Made by a program: the position numbers and the translations under genes. Below, one piece after another: positions 1-8,703 of a stretch of 39,436 nucleotides of DNA. The stretch comes from a virus. Its lineage: Duplodnaviria > Heunggongvirae > Uroviricota > Caudoviricetes. Location of the stretch: the IMG/VR virus record IMGVR_UViG_2537561944_000032; one strand, 5' to 3'. How positions within the stretch are numbered: position 1 is the stretch's first letter; every line of letters starts with the position of its first letter. The notes under the pieces were generated by a model. It was not told the DNA's origin. It worked only from the letters and a program-made list of their open reading frames with translations, and searched no databases.

Positions 1-549
1 ATGCAATTTAATATCCCTACGTTGCTTACACTGTTCCGTGTCATCCTTATCCCATTCTTTGTATTGGTCTTTTATCTGCCTGTCACCTGGTCGCCGTTTG
101 CCGCCGCGCTCATTTTCTGCGTCGCGGCGGTGACTGACTGGTTCGATGGTTTTCTGGCACGCCGCTGGAACCAGAGTACCCGGTTTGGTGCTTTCCTTGA
201 CCCTGTAGCAGATAAAGTTCTCGTGGCTATCGCCATGGTGCTGGTAACCGAGCATTATCACAGCTGGTGGGTGACCCTACCGGCGGCAACGATGATCGCC
301 CGTGAAATTATTATTTCTGCGCTACGCGAATGGATGGCGGAGTTGGGTAAACGCAGTAGCGTGGCTGTCTCCTGGATTGGGAAAGTGAAAACCACTGCCC
401 AGATGGTGGCGTTGGCCTGGCTGCTGTGGCGTCCGAACATTTGGGTTGAGTACGCCGGTATTGCACTTTTCTTTGTGGCTGCGGTACTGACTCTGTGGTC
501 AATGTTGCAATATTTGAGCGCTGCGCGTGCAGATTTGCTTGATCAGTGA
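1..549 (+). CDS. pgsA: CDP-diacylglycerol--glycerol-3-phosphate 3-phosphatidyltransferase (phosphatidylglycerophosphate synthase), complete 182 aa
   Basis: Full ORF with polytopic membrane character and the CDP-alcohol phosphotransferase motif region (DWFDGFLAR...[11 protein letters not shown]); length and sequence match E. coli PgsA as I recall it; followed by the glyW-cysT-leuZ tRNA cluster as in E. coli K-12. Confidence 0.93.
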
Positions 550-599
550 TCGTTTCGGCGTAATTTTCAGCAAACGATCAAAAGTGGTGAAAAATATCG

Positions 600-627
600 T
601 TGACTCATCGCGCCAGGTAAGTAGAAT
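600..627 (+). promoter_or_regulatory. sigma70-type promoter of the tRNA operon (-35 TTGACT, 16-bp spacer, -10 TAGAAT)
   Basis: TTGACT at 600-605 and TAGAAT at 622-627, about 75 bp upstream of the first tRNA, with an A/T-rich tract upstream. Confidence 0.6.
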
Positions 628-700
628 GCAACGCATCGAACGGCGGCACTGATTGCCAGACGATAATAAAATCAAGTGATTAACTGATTGCTTGATGAAT

Positions 701-776
<76 letters not shown>

Positions 777-830
777 GTTTAAAAGACATCGGCGTCAAGC
801 GGATGTCTGGCTGAAAGGCCTGAAGAATTT

Positions 831-904
831 GGCGCGTTAACAAAGCGGTTATGTAGCGGATTGCAAATCCGTCTAGTCCGGTTCGACTCCGGAACGCGCC
901 TCCA
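831..904 (+). tRNA. cysT: tRNA-Cys (anticodon GCA)
   Basis: 74-nt sequence ggcgcgttaacaaagcggttatgtagcggattgcaaatccgtctagtccggttcgactccggaacgcgcctcca; GCA anticodon; CCA encoded. Confidence 0.95.
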
Positions 905-916
905 CTTTCTTCCCGA

Positions 917-1003
917 GCCCGGATGGTGGAATCGGTAGACACAAGGGATTTAAAATCCCTCGGCGTTCGCGCTGTGCGGGTTCAAGTCCCGCTCCGGGTA
1001 CCA
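917..1003 (+). tRNA. leuZ: tRNA-Leu (anticodon TAA), long variable arm
   Basis: 87-nt sequence gcccggatggtggaatcggtagacacaagggatttaaaatccct...gggttcaagtcccgctccgggtacca; class II tRNA with TAA anticodon. Confidence 0.95.
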
Positions 1004-1044
1004 TGGGAAAGATAAGAATAAAATCAAAGCAATAAGCAGTGTCG

Positions 1045-1072
1045 TGAAACCACCTTCGGGTGGTTTTTTCGT
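1045..1072 (+). terminator. rho-independent terminator of the tRNA operon
   Basis: Hairpin aaaccacc-ttcg-ggtggttt followed by a T-run (ggtggttttttcg). Confidence 0.7.
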
Positions 1073-1541
1073 ATTTGTATTTTGTGCAATGGCGGTAGAG
1101 TGGCGATGGTGTGGCGATATGCAGAAACAATGGTAGTGCACGTGCTGTTTAAACTCTAAGGATGAAGCAGAATTCTTCTGCAGCTCCTCCGTATTTCGCA
1201 TAGTGAACCAGGACCTCTGTTAAACAAAAATTTTTCTGGGATTTTTTCACTCGACTTCATTTTTCCTCCTGCAATCCACCAACAGGTACCTGCGCTAATC
1301 TATCTTTTTAATCTGACAACATCTTGGGAAAAGGCAAATTCGTCAGATTTACTGTTTTTCTGCTGCCTCGAATGCCGATGTCTGAAGCACTGATAAGAGT
1401 TCTATCTCTTTGATATAGATCTTTTTTTTGATGAATTGCACGACATATTATCGTTATGACACCTTCTTGTTAAAGGTATTGTACTCCTCATCTCGATTTT
1501 ATGATGTGGGCTATGATTGGTTAGTAATAGAGTGTATCGGT

Positions 1542-1823
1542 ATGCGATGTGGTTTATTAATGGCAATCTGCCTTTGTTTAGTATCTTTTAGTGGATATGC
1601 AGCAACAGGAAAGTCTGATGCTCAGATCAAAAAAGAAATAATTAAAGAATCCATTGAATCTTATCCAGGCAATTGTGCGTGTCCTTATAATCATGCAAGG
1701 AATGGTAGTAGATGTGGTGGACGCAGTGCATATAGCCGTAATGGAGGGTATGACGTGGTATGTTATGAGGGTGATGTTACCGATGAAATGATCCGGCAAT
1801 GGAAGCAGGAGAATGCTGAGTAA
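1542..1823 (+). CDS. hypothetical small secreted cysteine-rich protein (signal peptide, about 93 aa mature precursor)
   Basis: ORF 1428..1823; likely start at internal Met (MRCGLLMAICLCLVSFSGYAATG...) giving a signal peptide; C-terminal region is Cys/Gly/Arg-rich; AT-rich context; start codon uncertain. Confidence 0.4.
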   Translation: MRCGLLMAICLCLVSFSGYAATGKSDAQIKKEIIKESIESYPGNCACPYNHARNGSRCGGRSAYSRNGGYDVVCYEGDVTDEMIRQWKQENAE

Positions 1824-1894
1824 TCTCTTTTAACAGGTTTGTTGTGCGAGCATTATGTGCCGTTAACGGTACACTAGCTAGTGATTGTTCCAAA

Positions 1895-1932
1895 AAGAAA
1901 ACCCGCAGTTCTTACGCTGCGGGTTTGTTGTT
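1895..1932. terminator. bidirectional hairpin terminator
   Basis: acccgcag-ttcttacg-ctgcgggt hairpin flanked by A-run upstream and T-rich run downstream; sits downstream of ORF 1542..1823. Confidence 0.5.
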
Positions 1933-2011
1933 CATGTCTGTGAGATAGGGTGCCACTTCAGCCAACCTTAGCAACCGATTGACGGGGGATTGCTCCCCCG
2001 TCGCGGTTTCC

Positions 2012-2152
2012 TTACTGCTTACACTGTAAGAACGCCGCAAACTCCGCTCCCCAGAAGCTCATCCGTATTTCACACAGCGAACCGCGTAGCATCCAGATGA
2101 TGAGGATTACCGTCACGCAGAACGTGATGGCTGTAAGCGATTTTTGCGACAT
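2012..2152 (-). CDS. Hok/Gef-family type I toxin-like small membrane peptide (46 aa)
   Basis: Translation MSQKSLTAITFCVTVILIIWMLRGSLCEIRMSFWGAEFAAFLQCKQ: single TM segment followed by the SLCE(I/L)R and AAF motifs shared with Hok/HokA/Gef as I recall them; GGAG RBS 8 nt upstream of ATG; stable hairpin (cgggggagcaatcccccg) immediately after the stop. Below the 60-aa ORF-track cutoff, found by manual translation. Confidence 0.6.
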   Translation of the reverse strand: MSQKSLTAITFCVTVILIIWMLRGSLCEIRMSFWGAEFAAFLQCKQ

Positions 2153-2342
2153 AGCGCTTGCTCCTTTGTTGGAGAGGCGCTAACCTATCACTTGCTTAAG
2201 GTAGATATGTTAGGGCCTCGGTTAAACAGAAATGTTTTCCGGGGCCTTTCCACATCCGGCCTTCGGGTATTCCTCCGACCATCAGCCGAAAGGCACCCGC
2301 GGGTAATCTATCGTTTTTTTGTTACTCCGGCAATTCTGCCTG

Positions 2343-2603
2343 TTAATTCTGAGGTAAAGGCAAACTCATCTGATTGTTTCCCCTGTGTGAAGCTGGCAGC
2401 TCATGCCACGGGATACCTTCCGAAGAGTGAACGCCGGAGGCGTGTTTTGATGTGAATTTATGGAAAGCTTCCAGTGTTGAGAAGCATACGCCGCATTCCA
2501 GGTTGTTACACTGGTAATACTTTTGCCGCACAGTGTTTGAATCGTTTTCCGGACGACTGGTGCGGATTCGGGCAGATGCGCCACAAAGCGGACAACGGAA
2601 CAT
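2343..2603 (-). CDS. ogr: Ogr/Delta-family zinc-finger late-gene transcription activator
   Basis: N-terminus MFRCPLCGASARIRTSR...YYQCNNLECGVCF has the C4 zinc-finger spacing of P2 Ogr (MFHCPLC...); sits downstream of D on the same strand as in P2. Confidence 0.8.
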   Translation of the reverse strand: MFRCPLCGASARIRTSRPENDSNTVRQKYYQCNNLECGVCFSTLEAFHKFTSKHASGVHSSEGIPWHELPASHRGNNQMSLPLPQN

Positions 2604-2889
2604 AGCGACCTCCCTTAACGTGGTGCTGCCGCTATTCTAAGTTGTAATAGCTCAGACTCCAACTGACAGTTTGCGCAGCCAGAATACAATCAAACCTAGC
2701 GGTACGCTTTGTGCGAAGAGCGGAAGTTCGCAACTCCAACAACTTTGATAACCTCCGCATAAATGGAAATCGGTTGCTTACATAAGTTTATTGGCTGAGC
2801 ATATCGGGAAGCAAGCGGGCAGTGCCATCTTATCTGTTACAATCCCGAAATGATTGTTCAGCCCGCTTTTTCTAACAGCATGTAAACAT

Positions 2890-4029
2890 TCAGCTGCAAA
2901 TTTCGTTGTTGCTGCATGTTATCTCTTCAAGTGCAGCGGCGTTATAATCAACGGAATGATCAACCTGTGATGTAGGTCTGCCAAAAAATTCAACCCCTGA
3001 CATAATCATGTTGCCGATATTCTCTCGCTGTTTATCACTGAGCCTGTCCCACCACTCAGGGGATGAATATGTATTTTCGGCCTTTGTGAAGAAAAAATAC
3101 AGAAGGGTATTGAACATCCTGTTAGCTGGGATCTTAATTAGTGTCCGTATAAAACGTCTGATAATTGTTGAAGTTCTCAGCCAACTGAACACTACATATC
3201 CCTTACCTCCGCAGGAAAAAGCATTGAAACATACTTGTTCCGCCGACACTGTAAGATCGCTCAAATCCTGAATTTTGGTCCCATCGAAATCCCTCTCCGG
3301 TGAAAGAATTGACGAAACTACAATTGGTAAAGGCTCTGCAAAAGTGAAGATAACACTTTCAATTTCTGAAAATTGCCTGCTAAGTAGGATGCGGTCGAGG
3401 CTAGTTTTAAGATTATTTAATTCAATTATTGCTGCATTTAAGCCACTTTGGTGCTGGTCGATTAATTTCTGAATATAATACTGTTCAACTTGTAGCTTTC
3501 CTTTATCGGCATTTTTAGCAAAATCAGAAGATAGCACTCCCCCTTCTTTGGCATAAATTTCTTTAGACAATGAACGAAACATTAAGGCAAAGCACTGCTC
3601 GTCCGTGCCTGTAAATTTTTCGTTCTCTAGGCATGAAAATAAGATTCTGTCATGAACTGCACAAAATCCTGTAAAAGTGGATGCCTGATTGATACCGATC
3701 TTCTCGGGAAGCCATTTTCCGTTGTTTCTCATCAGGCTTGCTAAGTTCATTATCACCCCCATGACGTGATTGCTGGAGTCGGCGATCGCCTTAAGGCTAC
3801 TGCTCTTAGATATCGTATGCGCCTGAACGATGCGTTTATCACAATCTTCGTGCATGGATGCTGGCGCATAACATGCCTTTCTCTGCGAGAGAGACTTTGA
3901 AAATTTCAGTGCCTCGGCTTTGGATACCGGAGTTTCACGATCTCGACCAAGATGGCACTTTTTATACTTAAGTCCTGAATTACACCAGCACTTATCATTT
4001 CTTCCTAATTTCACTTTATTGTTTCCCAC
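2890..4029 (-). CDS. hypothetical protein with N-terminal SEC-C metal-binding motif (379 aa), cargo gene in AT-rich island
   Basis: ORF begins ...GRNDKCWCNSGLKYKKCH (CxC-x8-CH SEC-C motif); remainder has no family I recognise; region is markedly AT-rich relative to flanking phage genes; inserted between D and ogr, which are adjacent in P2. Start codon uncertain (GTG at 4029 or downstream GTG). Confidence 0.6.
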   Translation of the reverse strand: MGNNKVKLGRNDKCWCNSGLKYKKCHLGRDRETPVSKAEALKFSKSLSQRKACYAPASMHEDCDKRIVQAHTISKSSSLKAIADSSNHVMGVIMNLASLMRNNGKWLPEKIGINQASTFTGFCAVHDRILFSCLENEKFTGTDEQCFALMFRSLSKEIYAKEGGVLSSDFAKNADKGKLQVEQYYIQKLIDQHQSGLNAAIIELNNLKTSLDRILLSRQFSEIESVIFTFAEPLPIVVSSILSPERDFDGTKIQDLSDLTVSAEQVCFNAFSCGGKGYVVFSWLRTSTIIRRFIRTLIKIPANRMFNTLLYFFFTKAENTYSSPEWWDRLSDKQRENIGNMIMSGVEFFGRPTSQVDHSVDYNAAALEEITCSNNEICS

Positions 4030-5279
4030 GAAATTAATGTTCTATAACAAAAACACTTATCGAAAATAGGTGTAATTTATCACTCCGGCAGCTAAAAGAT
4101 CATCTGCCACATGCACGATAATAAATCTTCCTTGCGTCATCATCTCCCTCTGTTCTTAAATCAGGTGTTGCCTGTGTGCGGAGGATTCGCGAAGTACAGT
4201 AGCCGAAATGCATGATCTTACCCATCAATGGTGAGCACGCGATAATAAGTGAGTCCCTAATTGACCACTCATGGCAATACAACTTCAACCAGCATTCATG
4301 ACCACTATCCGTGGATTAACTGTTACATAAGCAACACCTGCTCTAGGCACAAAGCGGGCTGCCAGATTGGGTCTGGCACTGTGCTGTGAGTGTGTCAGTT
4401 CTGGTTTGAGTCAATACATCTAATTTGCTCATTCTGTTTCTGCTATCCATTCCGGGATTTTTGCTTCAAGCTCAAGCTGTGTGGTAAAGCCGCTGTTATC
4501 AATGGTGTGCTCGGCTTTTGCAATAATCCAGTCCTGATTATCGATGTCACTTTTGAAGCCTGTCACCGTGCCATGCATTTCGGGATAGAGTTCTGCGCGT
4601 CCACGCGCCAGCGTGATGGAGAATGATGCGGCTCCGCGTTGTAGCTGCTGCCACTTTGCCGCCGCTGCACGTCTTGCTGCCTGCTCGTTCTGATAAGTCT
4701 TGCGTAACACAAACACGTTGCCTTCCGCACCTTCCATATAGTCACCTTCACGGCTGCTGCTTTTCTCCTTTTTCGGTTTGCGGCGTTTCACGCTGACTTT
4801 TTTCTTTTCCCGTAATTAAGATCAAGCCAGTAAGCACGTACCCCCGTATACGCTTCGCGGTCAGCAATGCGGAACTGATGGCGATCGCCACTGCTGCGCG
4901 TGATGGCGAACGATGGCAACGGCTGGCCCTGTGCGTTCACGCCACCGCCTGGCATGATGAATAACAGATTACTGCTTTTTACCGTAGTGATTGCGCCCAG
5001 CATTTCCGCCATGCGCGTAAGGAAGGACATGTCGCTTTCTTCGGTCTGGTCGGCGTGGTCGATTTCAATATCCATCAGCATTTCGCTGATTTGTGGTTTC
5101 AGACCGTACCGATGAGCGATGGCGGATACCACGCGCTCAACGGTCACATCATGCCAGGACACCTCACGTTTAACGTTAAATTCATCCCGAAAATCTGCGC
5201 TTCTGGCTGAAACAGTCAGCCTGTCCGGCGGTCCTTCGTGAGCGATTTCATCAACAATGTAAGTGCCTTTTTCTGTCAG

Positions 5280-5306
5280 TGAGGTAGCCTGAGTTTAACG
5301 GACACT
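5280..5306 (+). repeat. IS left terminal inverted repeat
   Basis: tgaggtagcctgagtttaacggacact; matches reverse complement of 6517-6543 at about 19/27 positions, including the terminal TGAGGT and the CGGACACT block. Confidence 0.7.
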
Positions 5307-5343
5307 CCTTCCTGAAATAGAATGGCATCAGAAGGAGCTAATA

Positions 5344-5646
5344 ATGAGCAGAAAAACCCAACGTTACTCTAAAGAGTTCAAAGCCGAAGCTGTCAGAACG
5401 GTTCTTGAAAATCAACTTTCGATCAGTGAAGGCGCTTCCCGATTATCTCTTCCTGAAGGCACTTTAGGACAATGGGTTACCGCCGCCAGAAAAGGGCTCG
5501 GTACTCCTGGTTCCCGCACGGTGGCTGAACTGGAATCTGAAATTCTGCAACTGCGTAAGGCGTTAAATGAAGCTCGCCTTGAGCGAGATATATTAAAAAA
5601 AGCAACAGCGTATTTTGCACAGGAGTCGCTGAAAAATACGCGTTAA
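5344..5646 (+). CDS. IS3-family transposase OrfA (HTH DNA-binding, 100 aa)
   Basis: MSRKTQRYSKEFKAEAVRTV...LERDILKKATAYFAQES; typical IS3 OrfA with leucine zipper; contains slippery A_AAA_AAA_G at 5595-5602. Confidence 0.85.
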   Translation: MSRKTQRYSKEFKAEAVRTVLENQLSISEGASRLSLPEGTLGQWVTAARKGLGTPGSRTVAELESEILQLRKALNEARLERDILKKATAYFAQESLKNTR

Positions 5647-6500
5647 TCGAACAATGGCGACAACAATTTCCCATTGAAGCGATGTGTCAGGTATTTGGTG
5701 TATCCAGGAGCGGTTATTACAACTGGGTACAGCATGAACCCTCAGACAGAAAACAAAGTGATGAGCGGCTAAAACTGGAGATTAAGGTGGCACATATCCG
5801 CACTCGCGAAACATATGGAACCCGGCGGCTCCAGACGGAGCTGGCAGAGAATGGCATCATCGTTGGTCGTGACCGACTGGCACGTCTTCGTAAGGAGCTA
5901 AGGCTACGCTGTAAGCAGAAACGCAAGTTCAGAGCGACTACGAACTCGAACCACAATCTGCCAGTTGCGCCAAATCTGCTGAACCAGACGTTCGCTCCTA
6001 CAGCACCAAATCAGGTCTGGGTGGCGGACCTGACGTATGTTGCCACACAGGAGGGATGGTTGTACCTCGCTGGCATCAAAGATGTTTATACGTGCGAAAT
6101 TGTCGGCTACGCCATGGGAGAGCGCATGACAAAAGAGCTGACAGGTAAAGCTCTGTTTATGGCGCTCAGGAGCCAGCGCCCACCTGCCGGGCTAATCCAC
6201 CACTCTGATCGAGGTTCACAGTACTGCGCATACGATTACCGGGTCATACAGGAGCAGTTTGGTCTGAAAACATCAATGTCGCGTAAAGGTAACTGTTACG
6301 ACAACGCTCCGATGGAAAGCTTCTGGGGAACGCTGAAAAATGAGAGCCTGAGCCACTATCGTTTTAATAACCGGGATGAAGCCATCTCAGTAATACGGGA
6401 ATACATTGAGATTTTCTACAATCGTCAGCGTCGTCACTCTCGTCTGGGGAATATCTCCCCGGCAGCCTTCAGGGAAAAATATCATCAGATGGCTGCTTAA
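5595..6500 (+). CDS. IS3-family transposase OrfB (DDE integrase domain), expressed as OrfAB fusion by -1 frameshift
   Basis: Frame -1 relative to orfA is open from 5583; reads KKSNSVFCTGVAEKYALIEQWRQQFPIEAMCQVFGVSRSGYY... with DDE catalytic core (HSDRGSQY...NAPMESFWGTLK); start coordinate given at the slip site. Confidence 0.8.
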   Translation, partial: KKSNSVFCTGVAEKYALIEQWRQQFPIEAMCQVFGVSRSGYYNWVQHEPSDRKQSDERLKLEIKVAHIRTRETYGTRRLQTELAENGIIVGRDRLARLRKELRLRCKQKRKFRATTNSNHNLPVAPNLLNQTFAPTAPNQVWVADLTYVATQEGWLYLAGIKDVYTCEIVGYAMGERMTKELTGKALFMALRSQRPPAGLIHHSDRGSQYCAYDYRVIQEQFGLKTSMSRKGNCYDNAPMESFWGTLKNESLSHYRFNNRDEAISVIREYIEIFYNRQRRHSRLGNISPAAFREKYHQMAA

Positions 6501-6516
6501 AAAAAGAACAAATGGT

Positions 6517-6543
6517 AGTGTCCGCTATTGCCAGTACACCTCA
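6517..6543 (+). repeat. IS right terminal inverted repeat
   Basis: agtgtccgctattgccagtacacctca; terminal CA; its last three bases create the TGA stop that truncates the gpD N-terminal fragment. Confidence 0.7.
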
Positions 6544-6952
6544 CAGCGGTTCTCCTTTCCAGCCAATGAGAACCGTCAGGCGCGCGCCCCGTGGCGGTAG
6601 CTGCAACTGACCATCCGCATCATCCAGCGTGATGGTGAGCAGGTCCGCTTCAAATCCCCGGTTGTCGGTCAGTGACAGGCTCATCAGGCGCTCTGCCACG
6701 CCGGACAGTGTTTCCCCCTCCGCGAGAATATCAAAATCCGGCATTTTCACGGGGTCTGTGCTCTGACTGAGCAATTGCATGGTGGTATCGGTCATCTGTT
6801 CCCTCCCTGTGCGGCATGGTCGCATGTGCGTGCATAGGGGGTTACTGCTTTTTGTTGTCGCCGTGGCGGGAGAACGGCGCAGGGGTGAGATTACGCGCGT
6901 GGTGGGTGATGATTGTTGCCGAATCATTTAACGGATACAAGGGGCTGAAGCT

Positions 6953-8137
6953 ATGAGTGAAACTCGTTTTCATGGTGCCCGTGTTACGGAAAGTACCGAC
7001 CTGGTAACAGCGATTAATGATGTTGATTCCAGTGTTATCGGTATCGTGGCAACGGCGGATGATGCGGACGCGGAGCTGTTCCCGCTGAACAAGCCCACAC
7101 TGCTGACCCGCGTCAATGACGTGCTGGGAAAATGCGGGACTACGGGGACGCTTTATCGTGCGCTTAAGGCTATTGCAGACCAGGTGAGCACAAAAGTGAT
7201 CGTCGTTCGCGTGGCTGAACACAAAGAAGAAGGCGGTAAGACGCAGGATCAACTGGTTATCGGTGGTTCTGAATCTGACGGCAGCTATACGGGGATGTAT
7301 GCGCTGCTTGTTGCAGAGCAGGATGAAAGCATCGGATACCGTCCGCGTATTCTGGCCGCGCCGGAGCTGGACACGGAGGCGGTGACAAAATCCCTGTGCG
7401 TGATTGCGGGTAAACTGCGCGCGTTTGTGTATGCCTCATGTCATGACTGTAACACGATGGCTGAGGCAATTACCTACCGCCAGAAATTCAACGAACGTGA
7501 GGTGATGCTCTTATGGCCGGACTTCATCGCCTACAACCCGAAAAGTGGCAAAAACGAAACGTTCCCCGCGCCTGCCTATGCGTGCGGCCTTCGTGCGTAC
7601 ATTGACCATGAGCAGGGCTGGCACAAATCGCTGTCCAACGTTCCTGTTAAAAATGTGCTGGGGATGTCCAGGCATGTTTTCTGGTCGTTGCAGGCCGAAG
7701 ACAGTGATGCCAACAGCCTCAACAACAAAGAAATCACGACCATTATTCGTCGCAACGGGTTCCGCTTCTGGGGCAACCGCACACCGGAAACGAACGCCTA
7801 CATCTTTGAGGTGTATACCCGAACCGCACAGGTGCTGGCTGATTCAATTGCGGAAGCGCAGTTTGAAACCATCGACAGTCCACTGACGCCTGCGAACGTG
7901 AAGGATGTTATCAGTGCCATCAGGGCAAAACTGGATTCGCTGGTTACTGCCGGGAAACTGATTGGCGCGGAGTGCTGGTATGACGTGGTGGATAACAGCA
8001 CCACGGATTTACGTCAGGGGCGTGTGCGTATTCGCTACAAATATACGCCCGTTCCGCCACTGGAAGACATGGAGCTTTACCAGACGTTTACTGATGAATA
8101 CTTTGAACCCGCATTTGCGGTGCTGGGAGGTGCCTGA
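6953..8137 (+). CDS. FI: contractile tail sheath protein (P2 gpFI-like)
   Basis: 394-aa ORF, size and sequence consistent with P2 FI (396 aa); followed directly by FII, E/E', T, U in P2 order. Confidence 0.85.
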   Translation: MSETRFHGARVTESTDLVTAINDVDSSVIGIVATADDADAELFPLNKPTLLTRVNDVLGKCGTTGTLYRALKAIADQVSTKVIVVRVAEHKEEGGKTQDQLVIGGSESDGSYTGMYALLVAEQDESIGYRPRILAAPELDTEAVTKSLCVIAGKLRAFVYASCHDCNTMAEAITYRQKFNEREVMLLWPDFIAYNPKSGKNETFPAPAYACGLRAYIDHEQGWHKSLSNVPVKNVLGMSRHVFWSLQAEDSDANSLNNKEITTIIRRNGFRFWGNRTPETNAYIFEVYTRTAQVLADSIAEAQFETIDSPLTPANVKDVISAIRAKLDSLVTAGKLIGAECWYDVVDNSTTDLRQGRVRIRYKYTPVPPLEDMELYQTFTDEYFEPAFAVLGGA

Positions 8138-8649
8138 TGGCTGTACCAAAACATCTTCGCTTTTTTACGCTGTTTGTGGATGGTGAAAACGAAGTGGGTA
8201 AGGTGACGTCCGTCACTCTGCCTAAGCTGACGCGCAAAACCGACAGCTACCGGGGTGGTGGCATGATGGGTGCGGTAAGTATTGATCTCGGTCTGGACGA
8301 CTCCGCGCTTGATGCGAGCTTTGTCATGGGGGGCGCAGTTCGTGAGCTGTTCCTTAAGTATGGCGGCACGATTGACGGCACGCTGCTGCGTTTTGCGGGT
8401 GAATATTACACCGATGCAGAAAGCGACCTGTATGAAGTCGAAATGCGCGGACGTGTGACGGAAATTGATATGGGGGAAGCCAAACAGGGCGAAGCCACAT
8501 CACACACTTACGCCATTAAAAACACCTACTACAAGCTGAGTGTTAACGATCGCCCGTTGTGGGAGATTGACCTGCTGAACTTCATTTACCGGAAGGACGG
8601 CAAGGACATTGTGCCCGATCGCATCCGTTCCGCGCTCGGGCTTGGCTGA
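8137..8649 (+). CDS. FII: tail tube protein (P2 gpFII-like)
   Basis: 170-aa ORF immediately after FI (ATGA overlap), size as P2 FII (172 aa). Confidence 0.85.
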   Translation: MAVPKHLRFFTLFVDGENEVGKVTSVTLPKLTRKTDSYRGGGMMGAVSIDLGLDDSALDASFVMGGAVRELFLKYGGTIDGTLLRFAGEYYTDAESDLYEVEMRGRVTEIDMGEAKQGEATSHTYAIKNTYYKLSVNDRPLWEIDLLNFIYRKDGKDIVPDRIRSALGLG

Positions 8650-8703
8650 TAAGTAATATGCAGGCGGCGCAGTGCGTCGCCTCTGACTGAAAGGAGTTTC
8701 CTG

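Larger units (their letters stand above)
5280..6543 (+). mobile_element. IS3-family insertion sequence (1264 bp, IS600-like), orfA/orfB with -1 frameshift
   Basis: Imperfect terminal inverted repeats TGAGGT...CGGACACT (5280-5306 and 6517-6543 reverse complement); flanked by 3-bp direct repeat CAG (5277-5279 and 6544-6546); encodes OrfA (HTH) and OrfB (DDE transposase). Length equals what I recall for IS600; identity unverified. Confidence 0.85.
4429..6795 (-). pseudogene. D: P2 gpD-like tail protein (late control gene D), disrupted by IS insertion and carrying an additional frameshift
   Basis: Three ORF fragments (6795..6544, 5279..4788, 4791..4429) match P2 gpD from N to C terminus as I recall it (LTDNRGFEAD...LDDADGQ; SWHD; REGDYMEGAEGNVF...SGFTTQLELE). 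IS occupies 5280..6543; reading frame is continuous across the IS once it and one CAG copy are removed. Second frame break lies in a Lys-codon-rich tract around 4790-4815. Confidence 0.85.

Noticed and set aside
917-1003. leuZ as the attachment site of the prophage
   Set aside because: No repeat of the tRNA 3' end seen in 1004..2343 and int is at the opposite end of the prophage; the other junction lies outside the window, so the att site cannot be assigned.
2144-2455. 103-aa plus-strand ORF (and 2366..2584 minus) around the hok-like/ogr region
   Set aside because: Overlaps the better-supported Hok-like ORF and ogr on the opposite strand or in another frame; no RBS or recognisable features.
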